Positions 40,576 to 50,343 of a stretch of 64,000 bases of DNA are shown here, one piece after another. The stretch is from positions 67,203-131,202 of the forward strand of contig CAZCZE010000039.1 in NCBI GenBank assembly GCA_964503125.1, written 5' to 3'. A program made the position numbers and the translations under genes. The notes below the pieces were generated by a model. The model was not told where the DNA came from. It saw only the letters and a program-made list of their open reading frames with translations, and made no database searches. The DNA is from an uncultured Gammaproteobacteria bacterium. Its GTDB lineage: Bacteria; Pseudomonadota; Gammaproteobacteria; Steroidobacterales; Rariloculaceae. Position 1 is the stretch's first letter. Each line of letters begins with the position of its first letter.

Positions 40576-40908
40576 ATGGACGTCAACGAGCGCATCAAGA
40601 AGCAACTCGACACCTATCCCGTGCTGCTCTACATGAAGGGCACGCCCGATTTCCCGCAGTGCGGTTTCTCGGCCAAGACGGTCGGCGTGCTGCGCGCGGC
40701 CGGCGCCAAATTCGCCTACATCAACATCTTCGAGGATCCGGAAATCCGCGAAGGCCTCAAGGCGTATTCCAATTGGCCTACGTTCCCGCAGCTCTACGTC
40801 GGCGGCGAGCTCATCGGCGGCTGCGACATCGCAGTCGAGCTCTACGAGTCGGGCGAGCTCCAGAAAATCCTCGCCGGCACCGACACGGCTGCGGCGAAGA
40901 CGCAATAG
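40576..40908 (+). CDS. grxD: Monothiol glutaredoxin Grx4 family
   Basis: VLLYMKGTPDFPQCGFS active site and WPTFPQLYVGGELIGGCDI. 110 aa. Confidence 0.95.
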   Translation: MDVNERIKKQLDTYPVLLYMKGTPDFPQCGFSAKTVGVLRAAGAKFAYINIFEDPEIREGLKAYSNWPTFPQLYVGGELIGGCDIAVELYESGELQKILAGTDTAAAKTQ

Positions 40909-41550
40909 TCAGCGCGGAAACGCGCTCCGGAAGCGGTTGACGACGGCGCAGAACAGCTGCGCCGTCATCTCGGCGTCGTAGAGCGCCGAGTGCGCCTCCT
41001 CCTCGTTCCAGGTAAAGCCCGCGGCCGTGACCGCGCGGCTCAACACCGTTTGGCCGAACGCGACGCCGGCGAGCGTGGCCGTGTCGAAGCTCGAGAACGG
41101 ATGAAACGGGTTGCGCTTGATGCCCGTGCGCTCGACGGCCGCGTTCAAGAACTGTAAGTCGAAGAACGCGTTGTGCCCGACGAGCACGGCGCGCGTGCAG
41201 CCCGTAGGCTTGATCTCCTTGCGCACCTCCTGAAACATCGCGCGCAGCGCGTCGCCCTCGTCCATGGCGATGCGGAGCGGGTGGTAGGGATCGATTCCGG
41301 TCACCTCGAGCGATGCAGGATCGAGGCGCGCGCCTTCGAACGGCTTGACGATGTAACGATGGCGATCGACGGGCGCGAGGTCGCCCGCGCCGTTGAAACG
41401 CACGAACACGCAGGCGACCTCGAGCAGCGCGTCGGTCGCGCAGTTGAAGCCGCCGGTCTCGACGTCGACGATGACGGGCAGGAAGCCGCGGAACCGCGCC
41501 GCGATCGGCGACGGCGCGTCGACGTCCGCTGTCGGCTGCTCGTCGCTCAC
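40909..41550 (-). CDS. rnt: Ribonuclease T
   Basis: ORF 40909..42759 trimmed to in-frame GTG 41550 (GTGA overlap with the upstream stop). FLPVIVDVETGGF (Exo I), LVGHNAFFDLQFL (Exo II), HSALYDAEMTAQLF (Exo III). Confidence 0.9.
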   Translation of the reverse strand: MSDEQPTADVDAPSPIAARFRGFLPVIVDVETGGFNCATDALLEVACVFVRFNGAGDLAPVDRHRYIVKPFEGARLDPASLEVTGIDPYHPLRIAMDEGDALRAMFQEVRKEIKPTGCTRAVLVGHNAFFDLQFLNAAVERTGIKRNPFHPFSSFDTATLAGVAFGQTVLSRAVTAAGFTWNEEEAHSALYDAEMTAQLFCAVVNRFRSAFPR

Positions 41551-43061
41551 GCCGTGAGCCGCCGCGCGAGCTCGTCGGGAGCGGCCGTGCCCAGGAGCTC
41601 GAGCGTGAGCCGCACGCCGAAGCCCGTGATGTCGGTGGGAACGTGCGCCAGGCCGCCTTTGTGCTGGCCGGCGCTCAGGTCGACGTGCACCCACGGGATC
41701 GTCTTCGGCACGAAACGGCTCAAGAAACGCGCGCCGAGGATGTGATCGCCGGCGTTCTCGACGGCGCATTGCTTGATGTCGGCGACGTCGCTCTTCAACA
41801 GCTCGTCGTAGTCCTCGTCCATCGGGAACGGCCAGACGCGTTCGCCGCTCGCCGCGCCGGCGTCGTGCAACAACGCGTTCGCGGCCCAGCGGTTCGAGAA
41901 CACGCCGGAGTAGCGCTCCGTGAGCGCGGCGACGCACGCGCCCGTGAGCGTCGCGTAGTCGATGATGACCGACGGCTTCTCGCGCGCGGCGAGCGCGAGC
42001 GTGTCCGCCAGCACCATGCGGCCTTCGGCATCGGTGTGGATCACTTGAATCGTCGTGCCGTTCGCGGCCGTGACGACGTCCTGCGATTTGTAGGCGTCGG
42101 CCGAGAGCCGGTTCTCGGTGATGGCGAGCCAGGCATCGACGCCGTACGGCGCCTTCAGGTCCGCGAGCGCGAGCAACGTGCCGAGCGCGACGGCGCTGCC
42201 CGCCATGTCGGTGTGCATGTCGAGCATGCTCAAGAACGGCTTCAAGTTCGTGCCGCCCGTATCGAACAACACGCCCTTGCCGACGAGTGCGAGCGCGCCG
42301 CGCGTTTGTCCCTTCGGTCGATAACGCAAGTGCACGATCCCGGCCTCGCGCGTCGCGTTGCCGCGCGCCACGGCGAGGAACGCGCCGGCGCCGAGCCTGC
42401 GCAGCTCGCGCTCGCCTAAAAAACGGCAGCCGATGCGGCGCGTTTTGGCGAGCCGCTCGACTGCCTGGCGATACGCCGGCGCCGTCAGCACGTTCGGCGG
42501 CAACGCCGTGAACCAACGCGCGACGTTGTTGCCGAGCGTCTGCGCGCGCGCGCTGTCGACATCGACTCCGCCGTGCGACGTCAGCAATCGTAGGCTCGCG
42601 AGGCGCGCCGGTGCGGCCTTCCTCGCAGCCTTGAACTCGGGGAGCGCGAAGGCCGCGGTGCCGCCTGCGGCGAGCAACGCAGCGGTGGCGCGGCGTTCGG
42701 CCGTGGCGTCGAGCCCGACGAGCGCGATCGCGAGCGAGCGCGGCTTGTCGCGCAGGCACTCGTGCAACGCTTTGCGGGCCCAGGTCAGCGCGGCGAACGT
42801 CGAGGTTGCGCCGAACGCGGTCGCCGTGAGTCCCGTGGCACGCGCGTTGGTGGCACGCGTGCTTGCGAAATCGTCGCCGTTGCGCGTTGCGCGTTTAAGC
42901 AACGTCGCGAGCTGCCGACCGTGCGGCAAACGCGCGAGCGCGATGTTGCGTTTGCCACCGGTCACGACGAGCAGGTGATCGACACGGTCGAGCAACGAGC
43001 GAGTCGGTAGACCTAAGCTTGCGGTGACGCCGAGCGGCGCAAAATTGGGTAGCTCGATCAT
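41547..43061 (-). CDS. M17 leucyl-aminopeptidase-family protein
   Basis: ORF 41547..43124 trimmed to ATG 43061. VGKGVLFDTGGTNLKPF, DMAGSA, HTDAEGRMVLAD and ATLTGA metal/active-site motifs. Confidence 0.85.
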   Translation of the reverse strand: MIELPNFAPLGVTASLGLPTRSLLDRVDHLLVVTGGKRNIALARLPHGRQLATLLKRATRNGDDFASTRATNARATGLTATAFGATSTFAALTWARKALHECLRDKPRSLAIALVGLDATAERRATAALLAAGGTAAFALPEFKAARKAAPARLASLRLLTSHGGVDVDSARAQTLGNNVARWFTALPPNVLTAPAYRQAVERLAKTRRIGCRFLGERELRRLGAGAFLAVARGNATREAGIVHLRYRPKGQTRGALALVGKGVLFDTGGTNLKPFLSMLDMHTDMAGSAVALGTLLALADLKAPYGVDAWLAITENRLSADAYKSQDVVTAANGTTIQVIHTDAEGRMVLADTLALAAREKPSVIIDYATLTGACVAALTERYSGVFSNRWAANALLHDAGAASGERVWPFPMDEDYDELLKSDVADIKQCAVENAGDHILGARFLSRFVPKTIPWVHVDLSAGQHKGGLAHVPTDITGFGVRLTLELLGTAAPDELARRLTA

Positions 43062-43257
43062 CGGGTTTTCGTCGAGCGGCGTGGCGCGGAGCAGGATCTC
43101 ATTGCCTTGACCGGTTTTCCACAAACCCCGATCATAGCTCCGCTAGGGCGGGGGTCAGGTGGGCGTTACGAACGGGCTCGCATCCTAGCAGGAATCGTCA
43201 CGCAAGAAGCGGCGCTCCTGCGCTCGTTCCGCGCGATTGCTGGAGTACGATGTTCTC

Positions 43258-45948
43258 ATGGCGACTGCAAGACCACTGCCGTTGATCGCTCTTAAAGGGG
43301 ACGACTTCGATCCGGAGGAAACGCAGGAGTGGCTCGAGTCGATCGACTCCGTCCTTCGAGTGCACGGCGCCGAGCGCGCTCACTACCTCCTCGAATGCAT
43401 GATCGATCACGCGCGCCGCTCCGGCGCGTACCTGCCCTATAGCCCGAACACCGCGTACCTCAACACGATTCCCGTCGGCCAGCAGCCGGAATACCCGGGC
43501 GATCGCGCCGTCGAGCGGCGCATCGAGGCGTATATCCGCTGGAACGCGATGGCCATGGTCGTACACGCCAATCGCAAGAGCTCGGAGTACGGCGGCCACA
43601 TCGCGAGCTACGCGTCCTCGGCCACGCTCTACGAAGTCGGGTTCAATCACTTCTGGCGCGCGCCGACAGCCGAGCACGGCGGCGACCTCGTGTACTTCCA
43701 GGGGCATTCGTCGCCGGGCATCTACGCACGCGCCTTCCTCGAAGGGCGCCTCGACGAGAACAACTTGAATCACTTCCGCCAGGAAGTCGTCGGGCCCGGC
43801 GTCGGGCTGTCGTCGTATCCGCATCCCTGGCTCATGCCCGACTTCTGGCAGTTCCCGACGGTGTCGATGGGGCTCGGCCCCATGATGGCGATCTACCAGG
43901 CGCGCTTCCTGCGCTACCTCGAGGCGCGCGGCATCGTGCCCGCGCAGGATCGCAAGGTCTGGTGCTTCTTGGGCGACGGCGAGACCGACGAGCCCGAGTC
44001 GATGGGCGCGATCACGATGCCGGTGCGCGAGCGGCTCGACAACCTGATCTTCGTCATCAACTGCAACCTCCAGCGCCTCGACGGTCCGGTCCGCGGCAAC
44101 GGCAAGATCATCCAGGAGCTCGAGGCCGTGTATCAGGGCGCGGGTTGGAACGTGCTCAAGGTCGTCTGGGGCTCGCGTTGGGATCCGCTGCTCGCGCGCG
44201 ACCAGAACGGGTTGTTGCGCAAGTTGATGGAAGAGTGCGTCGACGGCGACTACCAGGCATTCAAGGCCAAAGGCGGCGCGTACACGCGCGAGCACTTCTT
44301 CGGCCGCTACCCCGAGCTCAAGGCGATGGTGGCGCACCTTTCGGATGAGGACATCTGGCACTTGAATCGCGGCGGCCACGACCCCGTCAAGGTCTACGCC
44401 GCCTACGCCCAGGCCGTGCAGCACGCGGGCCGGCCGACGGTGATTCTCGCGAAGACCGTCAAAGGCTTCGGCATGGGCGAGGCCGGCGAAGGCCAGAACA
44501 TCACGCACCAAAAAAAGAAGCTCGACGACGAGGATTTGAAGCAATTTCGCGACCGCTTCCACGTGCCGCTCACTGACGAGCAGCTCGCGCAACTCGAGTA
44601 CTACAAGCCCGCCGAGGACAGCGAGGAGACGCGCTACCTCAAGGAGCGGCGCGCGAAGCTCGGCGGCTTCCTGCCGATCCGTCGGCATAAGGTCGAGTCG
44701 CTACAGGTGCCCGACCTTGAGTTCTTCAAGAGTCAGCTCGAAGGCAGCGGCGAACGTGAGTTCTCGACGACGATGGCGTTCGTGCGCATTCTCACCGCGC
44801 TCGTGCGCGACAAGAACTTGGGGTCGCGCATCGTGCCCATCGTTCCCGACGAGGCGCGCACGTTCGGCATGGAAGGCATGTTCCGGCAGATCGGCATCTA
44901 CTCGTCGCTGGGCCAGCTCTCCACGCCGCAGGACTCCGACCAGCTCTCGTACTACCGCGAGGACAAGAAGGGCCAGATCTTGGAGGAGGGCATCAACGAA
45001 GGCGGCGCGTATTGCTCGTGGATCGCGGCCGCAACCTCGTACGCCAATCACGGCGTGCAGATGATTCCTTTCTATATCTACTACTCGATGTTCGGCTTCC
45101 AGCGCATCGGCGACTTCGCGTGGGCCGGCGGCGATATGCGCGCGCGCGGCTTCCTGCTCGGCGGCACGGCGGGACGCACGACGCTCGCGGGCGAGGGCCT
45201 CCAGCACCAAGACGGGCACAGCCAGCTCGTGGCCACGACGATTCCCAACTGCCGCGCCTACGACCCATGCTTCAACTATGAGCTCGCCGTCATCATCCAG
45301 GACGGCTTGCGGCGCATGTGCGCGGAGCAGGAGAGCATCTTCTATTACATCACCGTGATGAACGAAAACTACGCGCATCCGCCGTTGCCGGCCGGCACGG
45401 AGGCCGGAATCCTGCGCGGCATGTACGAGCTCAAGCAGGGTGGCAAGGGTAAGGTGCGCGTGCAGCTTTTGGGCTCGGGCACGATTTTGCGCGAAGTGCT
45501 TGCGGCCGCGGCGGTGCTCGAGGAGAAGTACGGCGTCCCGGCGGACGTGTGGAGCGTCACGAGCTTCAGCGAGCTACGGCGCGATGCGCTCGACGTCGAG
45601 CGCTGGAACGCCCTTCATCCGGGCACGCAACCGCGCGTGAGCTATGTCGCCGAGCGGTTCGCCGGGCGCGGCGGCCCGTTCGTCGCGGCCACGGACTACA
45701 TGAAGCTCGTCTCGGACCAGATTCGCCAGTGGGTGCCGGGCCGTTACTCCGTGCTCGGCACCGACGGCTTCGGGCGCAGCGACGGCCGATCCGCGCTGCG
45801 CCACCACTTCGAGGTGGATCGCAAGGCGGTCGTGGTCGCGGCGCTCAAGGCGCTCGCGGACGAAGGCAGCGTCGACGCGAGCACGGTCGTCAAAGCCATG
45901 ACGGATCTCGGCGTCGATCCCGAGAAGCCGAATCCCGTCACGCAGTAA
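43258..45948 (+). CDS. aceE: Pyruvate dehydrogenase E1 component (homodimeric type)
   Basis: ORF 43237..45948, ATG 43258. About 896 aa. ThDP motif GDGETDEPESMGA..NLIFVINCNLQRLDGPVRGNGK. Followed by aceF-lpdA. Confidence 0.95.
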   Translation: MATARPLPLIALKGDDFDPEETQEWLESIDSVLRVHGAERAHYLLECMIDHARRSGAYLPYSPNTAYLNTIPVGQQPEYPGDRAVERRIEAYIRWNAMAMVVHANRKSSEYGGHIASYASSATLYEVGFNHFWRAPTAEHGGDLVYFQGHSSPGIYARAFLEGRLDENNLNHFRQEVVGPGVGLSSYPHPWLMPDFWQFPTVSMGLGPMMAIYQARFLRYLEARGIVPAQDRKVWCFLGDGETDEPESMGAITMPVRERLDNLIFVINCNLQRLDGPVRGNGKIIQELEAVYQGAGWNVLKVVWGSRWDPLLARDQNGLLRKLMEECVDGDYQAFKAKGGAYTREHFFGRYPELKAMVAHLSDEDIWHLNRGGHDPVKVYAAYAQAVQHAGRPTVILAKTVKGFGMGEAGEGQNITHQKKKLDDEDLKQFRDRFHVPLTDEQLAQLEYYKPAEDSEETRYLKERRAKLGGFLPIRRHKVESLQVPDLEFFKSQLEGSGEREFSTTMAFVRILTALVRDKNLGSRIVPIVPDEARTFGMEGMFRQIGIYSSLGQLSTPQDSDQLSYYREDKKGQILEEGINEGGAYCSWIAAATSYANHGVQMIPFYIYYSMFGFQRIGDFAWAGGDMRARGFLLGGTAGRTTLAGEGLQHQDGHSQLVATTIPNCRAYDPCFNYELAVIIQDGLRRMCAEQESIFYYITVMNENYAHPPLPAGTEAGILRGMYELKQGGKGKVRVQLLGSGTILREVLAAAAVLEEKYGVPADVWSVTSFSELRRDALDVERWNALHPGTQPRVSYVAERFAGRGGPFVAATDYMKLVSDQIRQWVPGRYSVLGTDGFGRSDGRSALRHHFEVDRKAVVVAALKALADEGSVDASTVVKAMTDLGVDPEKPNPVTQ

Positions 45949-45969
45949 GCGCCGCGCAAGATCCAACCC

Positions 45970-47607
45970 GTGGAAGTCGTCGTACCCGATCTAGGTGACT
46001 TCGCCGACGTCGAAATCATCGAGGTGCTCGTCAAACCCGGCGACTCGGTGCAGGCGGAGCAGGGACTCATCACGCTCGAGACCGAGAAGGCCACGATGGA
46101 CATTCCGTCGCCGGCCGCGGGAACGGTCACTGCGCTCAAGGTGAAAGTCGGCGACCGCGTGTCGACGGGCAGCGTGATCGCGACGCTCGAGACGGCGGCT
46201 GCGCCCGCCGTCGCCGTGGCGCCGGCCGATGCGCGCCCCGAGGACGATCGCACGGTGCGCCAACCCAAGGTGCCGCGGGCCGACGACCGTACCGTGCGCC
46301 AACCGAAGTTGCCGCCCGGCTCGCCCCCGGGACCGGTGCCGCGCACCGTCGTCGTGCCGGACCTCGGCGACTTCGCGAACGTCGAGATCATCGACGTGCT
46401 CGTCAAGGCGGGTGACGACGTCGCCGCAGAGCAGGGCCTCATCACGCTCGAGACCGAAAAGGCAGCCATGGACGTGCCGGCGCCGGAAGCCGGGCGCGTG
46501 CTCGAGGTCAAGGTGGCGGTCGGCGGCAAGGTTTCGGCGGGCGACGCCGTGCTCGTTTTGCTGCCGAGCGGCGGCGGCGCGGCACCGACGGCGCCGCCTG
46601 CGGCTGCCGCGGCACCGCAGCGCGCCGAGCCGACCGCGAAATCGGCGACCGCGCCGCGCGCGGCGGGGCAGACGCGCAGCGCCGTGGCGCCGACGCCGAC
46701 CTCGTTCGGCGAGGCGCACGCCGGTCCCTCGGTCCGCAGGCTCGCGCGCGAGCTCGGCGTGGAGCTCGGCCGCGTGCGCGGCTCGGGCGCCAAGGGCCGC
46801 GTCACGGCCGACGACGTCAAGGCGTTCGTCAAGGAGATCATGCAAGGCGGCGGCGCCGGTAGCGCGCTGCCGAGCGTGCCGGTCGTCGACTTCGCCAAAT
46901 ATGGCCGCATCGAGAGCGAGCCGCTGTCGCGCATTCAGAAGATTTCGGGCCCGCGGTTGCACGCGAGCTGGGTCAATATCCCGCACGTCACGCAGCACGA
47001 CGAAGCCGACATCACCGAGCTCGAGGAGAAACGCGCGGCGCTCAAGGAGCAGGCGCTCGAGCGCGGCATCAAGCTCACGCCGCTCGCGTTCATCGTGCGC
47101 GCCTGCGCGCTCGCGCTCGCCGAGATGCCGCACTTCAAGTCGTCGCTCGCTCCCGACGGCGCGAGCCTCGTCATCAAGCACTACACGCACATCGGCTTCG
47201 CGGCCGACACGCCGCAGGGCCTCGTCGTGCCCGTGATCCGCGATGCCGACAAGAAGGACCTCTACGAGATGGCGAAGTCGCTCGCAACGCTCAGTGAACG
47301 CGCGCGCACCGGCAAGCTCCAGCCCGACGACATCCAGGGCGGCGTGTTCACGATCTCGAGCTTGGGCGGCATCGGCGGGCGCTTCTTCACGCCCGTCATC
47401 AACGCGCCCGAGGTCGCGATCCTCGGCGTGTCGCGCAGCTCCTGGCAGCCCGTCTATCGCGACATGGCGTTCGTGCCGCGGCTGCTGCTGCCGCTGTCGT
47501 TGTCGTACGACCACCGCGTCATCGACGGCGCGAAGGCCGTGCGCTTCACGACGCGGCTCGGTGAGATCCTCGCGAATCCCGGCCAGCTCGTGGAGGCCAT
47601 TCCGTGA
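45970..47607 (+). CDS. aceF: Dihydrolipoamide acetyltransferase E2 (two lipoyl domains)
   Basis: Two lipoyl domains (..ITLETEKATMDIPSP.. and ..ITLETEKAAMDVPAP..). E3-binding PSVRRLARELGVEL. Catalytic SYDHRVIDGA. Confidence 0.95.
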   Translation: MEVVVPDLGDFADVEIIEVLVKPGDSVQAEQGLITLETEKATMDIPSPAAGTVTALKVKVGDRVSTGSVIATLETAAAPAVAVAPADARPEDDRTVRQPKVPRADDRTVRQPKLPPGSPPGPVPRTVVVPDLGDFANVEIIDVLVKAGDDVAAEQGLITLETEKAAMDVPAPEAGRVLEVKVAVGGKVSAGDAVLVLLPSGGGAAPTAPPAAAAAPQRAEPTAKSATAPRAAGQTRSAVAPTPTSFGEAHAGPSVRRLARELGVELGRVRGSGAKGRVTADDVKAFVKEIMQGGGAGSALPSVPVVDFAKYGRIESEPLSRIQKISGPRLHASWVNIPHVTQHDEADITELEEKRAALKEQALERGIKLTPLAFIVRACALALAEMPHFKSSLAPDGASLVIKHYTHIGFAADTPQGLVVPVIRDADKKDLYEMAKSLATLSERARTGKLQPDDIQGGVFTISSLGGIGGRFFTPVINAPEVAILGVSRSSWQPVYRDMAFVPRLLLPLSLSYDHRVIDGAKAVRFTTRLGEILANPGQLVEAIP

Positions 47608-49403
47608 GCCGAGTCGAAGTGCGCATCCCCGAGCTCGGGGACTTCAGCGCCGTCGACGTCATCGAGGTCCACGTGCAGGCGGGGCAGGTCATCGCCGCCG
47701 AGGATCCGCTCATCACGCTCGAGACCGACAAGGCTACGATGGACGTGCCGTCGCCGAGCGCGGGCACCGTGGTCTCGGTCGCGATCGCGAAGGGAGCCAA
47801 AGTATCCGCGGGCGATCTCGTCGTGGTGCTCGATGCGGCGGAAAGCTCGGCGAAGCCCGCGGCGAAGGCGGTGCCAGCCGCGGCGGCCAAGCCGGCGACG
47901 CCGGCACCGGCTTCAACTCGCCCGAGCCCCGTTGCGTCCGCAGCCGCGTCGCGGGCGGCACCGGCTGTCACGGCCACGGCCGCGAGTCCGCCGCCCGGCA
48001 AGCGCCTCGCCGTCATCGGCGCCGGTCCCGGCGGTTACACGGCCGCGTTCCGCGCTGCGGATCTCGGCCTCGAGGTCACGCTCGTCGAGCGGTGGCCCAC
48101 GCTCGGCGGAGTCTGCTTGAACGTGGGGTGCATTCCGTCGAAAGCGTTGCTGCACGCCGCGCACGTCATCGAGGACGCCCACGAGATGGGCGAGCGCGGT
48201 ATCGCGTTCGCCAAGCCAAAGATCGATACGACGAAGCTGCGCGGCTGGAAGAGCAGCGTCGTCAAACAGCTCACGAATGGTCTCGACACGCTCGCGAAGC
48301 AACGCAAGGTCCGTGTCGTGCGCGGCACGGCGCGCTTCGCCTCGCCCAATCAGCTCGAGGTGGAGCGTGACGGGACGCGCGAGGTCGTCGATTTCGATCA
48401 ATGCATCATCGCGGCCGGCAGCGAGCCCGCGATGCTGCCGGGCTTGCCCAACGACCCGCGCATCATGGACTCGACCGGGGCGCTCGAGCTTACCGTGCTG
48501 CCCGAGCGCATGCTCGTCATCGGCGGCGGCATCATCGGGCTCGAGATGGCGACCGTCTACGACGCACTCGGCGTCAAGGTCAGCGTCGTCGAGCTCACCA
48601 AGACTCTCATCCCGGGCTGCGACCGCGATCTGATCAGGCCGCTCGAGAAACGAATCGCGGCGCGTTACGAGGCCATCATGCTCGGCACGCGCTTCGTCAA
48701 GATGGCAGCGAGCCCGCGTGGTATCACGGTGCACTTGGAAGGCGACCAGGCGCCTGCGAAACCGCAGACCTACGGTCTCGTGCTCGTGGCCGTGGGGCGC
48801 AGCGCCAACGGGCGCAAGATCGCGGCCGAGAAGGCGGGCGTCGCCGTCGACGAGCGCGGGCTCATCAAGGTCGACAACCAGCAGCGCACCAACGTGCCGC
48901 ACATCTTCGCGATCGGCGACATCGTCGGCGCGCCGATGCTCGCGCACAAAGCGAGCCACGAGGGCAAAGTCGCGGCGGAGGTTGCGGCCGGTCTCAAGAG
49001 CTTCTTCGACGCGCGCGTCGTGCCCGCGGTCGCCTACACCGATCCCGAGGTCGCATGGGTGGGGCTCACGGAGGACGAGGCCAAGGCGCGCGGCGTCGCG
49101 TACGAGAAGGGCACGTTTCCGTGGGCCGCGAGCGCGCGCTCGCTCACGCTCGGCCGCAGCGAAGGGCTCACGAAGCTACTGTTCGACGCGGGAACGAGGC
49201 GGTTGATCGGCGCGGGGCTCGTCGGTGCGAACGCCGGCGACCTGATCGCCGAGGCCGCGCTGGCGATCGAGATGGGCACCGATGCCGCCGACATCGGCCT
49301 CACGGTGCACCCGCACCCCACGTTGTCCGAGACGATCGCCTTCGCGGCCGAGGCGGCCGAGGGCACGATCACCGATCTGTACGTGCCGAAGAAGCGTCAC
49401 TGA
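47604..49403 (+). CDS. lpdA: Dihydrolipoyl dehydrogenase E3 with N-terminal lipoyl domain
   Basis: N-terminal lipoyl domain (ITLETDKATMDVPSP). FAD motif VIGAGPGGYTAA. Redox disulfide GGVCLNVGCIPSK. C-terminal HPHPTLSE. 599 aa. Confidence 0.95.
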   Translation: MSRVEVRIPELGDFSAVDVIEVHVQAGQVIAAEDPLITLETDKATMDVPSPSAGTVVSVAIAKGAKVSAGDLVVVLDAAESSAKPAAKAVPAAAAKPATPAPASTRPSPVASAAASRAAPAVTATAASPPPGKRLAVIGAGPGGYTAAFRAADLGLEVTLVERWPTLGGVCLNVGCIPSKALLHAAHVIEDAHEMGERGIAFAKPKIDTTKLRGWKSSVVKQLTNGLDTLAKQRKVRVVRGTARFASPNQLEVERDGTREVVDFDQCIIAAGSEPAMLPGLPNDPRIMDSTGALELTVLPERMLVIGGGIIGLEMATVYDALGVKVSVVELTKTLIPGCDRDLIRPLEKRIAARYEAIMLGTRFVKMAASPRGITVHLEGDQAPAKPQTYGLVLVAVGRSANGRKIAAEKAGVAVDERGLIKVDNQQRTNVPHIFAIGDIVGAPMLAHKASHEGKVAAEVAAGLKSFFDARVVPAVAYTDPEVAWVGLTEDEAKARGVAYEKGTFPWAASARSLTLGRSEGLTKLLFDAGTRRLIGAGLVGANAGDLIAEAALAIEMGTDAADIGLTVHPHPTLSETIAFAAEAAEGTITDLYVPKKRH

Positions 49404-49952
49404 GCGCCCCTGCGGGCGCGCATGTTGAAGGCCCCGCCGGACACGCTCCGCGATCTCCCTAGCGATCTCTTGCGCCGAGCGGCCCGTTGTCGAGATGTGC
49501 TCCGCAAACTCCGGCGCTCCGTGCGCGTCGCAGCATTCGGCGGACCGTCGGAGCTGCCACTGTGTCGGGCCGCGCTTCTCGCGCGCGGCCAATCGTTCGA
49601 GAACGACCGCATGGGGTGCGGTAAGGCAGAAGTGCATAGTCGGAACGCCACGGCTTCGCAAGTAGGCGAGAAAGCCTTCGAGGTACGAGAGGTTGGAGAA
49701 GGCCATCGGCACGATGATCGTCGTGCGGAACCGGTGTGCCACGCGAATGGCGCGAGCGCCGATCAGTCGCCACGCGGCGAGATCTTGAAAATCGTCCGTT
49801 CGGCGATGGCGGGGCCACAACGGCGCAAAGCGTGACAGAACCACGCCGATGGGCTCGGGATCGATCACGGCACTCCCCGGAAGCTCGCTCGCGAGGAGGC
49901 GAGACACCGTCGTTTTACCTATTCCGAACGAACCGTTGATGAAGATGACCAT
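49176..49952 (-). CDS. P-loop NTPase (TmrB-like small ATP-binding protein; tentative) with about 75-codon read-through tail antisense to lpdA
   Basis: MVIFINGSFGIGKTTV Walker A. The recognisable domain ends near ..SAQEIAREIAERV (about 49450). There is no stop until 49176, so the last 228 nt overlap lpdA convergently. Translationally coupled to the upstream VOC ORF (6-nt gap, GAGG). Confidence 0.6.
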   Translation of the reverse strand: MVIFINGSFGIGKTTVSRLLASELPGSAVIDPEPIGVVLSRFAPLWPRHRRTDDFQDLAAWRLIGARAIRVAHRFRTTIIVPMAFSNLSYLEGFLAYLRSRGVPTMHFCLTAPHAVVLERLAAREKRGPTQWQLRRSAECCDAHGAPEFAEHISTTGRSAQEIAREIAERVRRGLQHARPQGRSVTLLRHVQIGDRALGRLGREGDRLGQRGVRVHREADVGGIGAHLDRQRGLGDQVAGVRTDEPRADQPPRSRVEQ

Positions 49953-49958
49953 AACGCC

Positions 49959-50336
49959 TCATAGCGGTTCTCGTAACTGATACTGATTGCCCTCGGGATC
50001 GACGGCATCTTGCACCGCGTGGTCGCGAAACTGCCATCTCTTCGAGCCGTCACCGATGCGGCCGCCGAGCCGCGCAGCCGCAAGCAACGTCGGTTCTATA
50101 GAAGAAACGAAGAAGACCAACTTGATCGGGGTTCGCGATCGCACCTGCGGCGGGCTCGAGATTTCGATCTGCGAAGCAACGGGTTCCGGAACTTGGACGA
50201 TCGACAGCTCGACTCCGGGCGCGGTCAAGACCGCGTAGTCACCGTGTTGAAACTCGTCCACCACGAGCCCCAACGTCGTGTAGAGCTCCACCAGACGGTC
50301 AAGGTTCTTCGCGTACAGGACGGCTGCGAGCGTCAT
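49959..50336 (-). CDS. VOC (glyoxalase/bleomycin-resistance fold) family protein
   Basis: 125 aa. MTLAAVLYAKNLDRLVELYTTLGLVVDE..IKLVFFVSSIE..DPEGNQYQLREP is a typical VOC beta-alpha-beta-beta-beta pattern. Confidence 0.65.
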   Translation of the reverse strand: MTLAAVLYAKNLDRLVELYTTLGLVVDEFQHGDYAVLTAPGVELSIVQVPEPVASQIEISSPPQVRSRTPIKLVFFVSSIEPTLLAAARLGGRIGDGSKRWQFRDHAVQDAVDPEGNQYQLREPL

Positions 50337-50343
50337 GAGCGTC

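Noticed and set aside
47604-47870. The lipoyl domain fused to the N-terminus of LpdA as a possible misassembly or novel fusion.
   Set aside because: This architecture is well known for E3 of several beta- and gamma-proteobacterial PDH operons. The frame is continuous and the linker is Ala/Pro-rich as expected.
49953-49958. ATAACGCC next to the P-loop start, resembling an attC core (compare GCATAACGCC at 51447).
   Set aside because: There is only a 6-nt gap between the VOC stop and the P-loop start. No partner core or palindrome is present, so this is a chance match within a translational-coupling junction.
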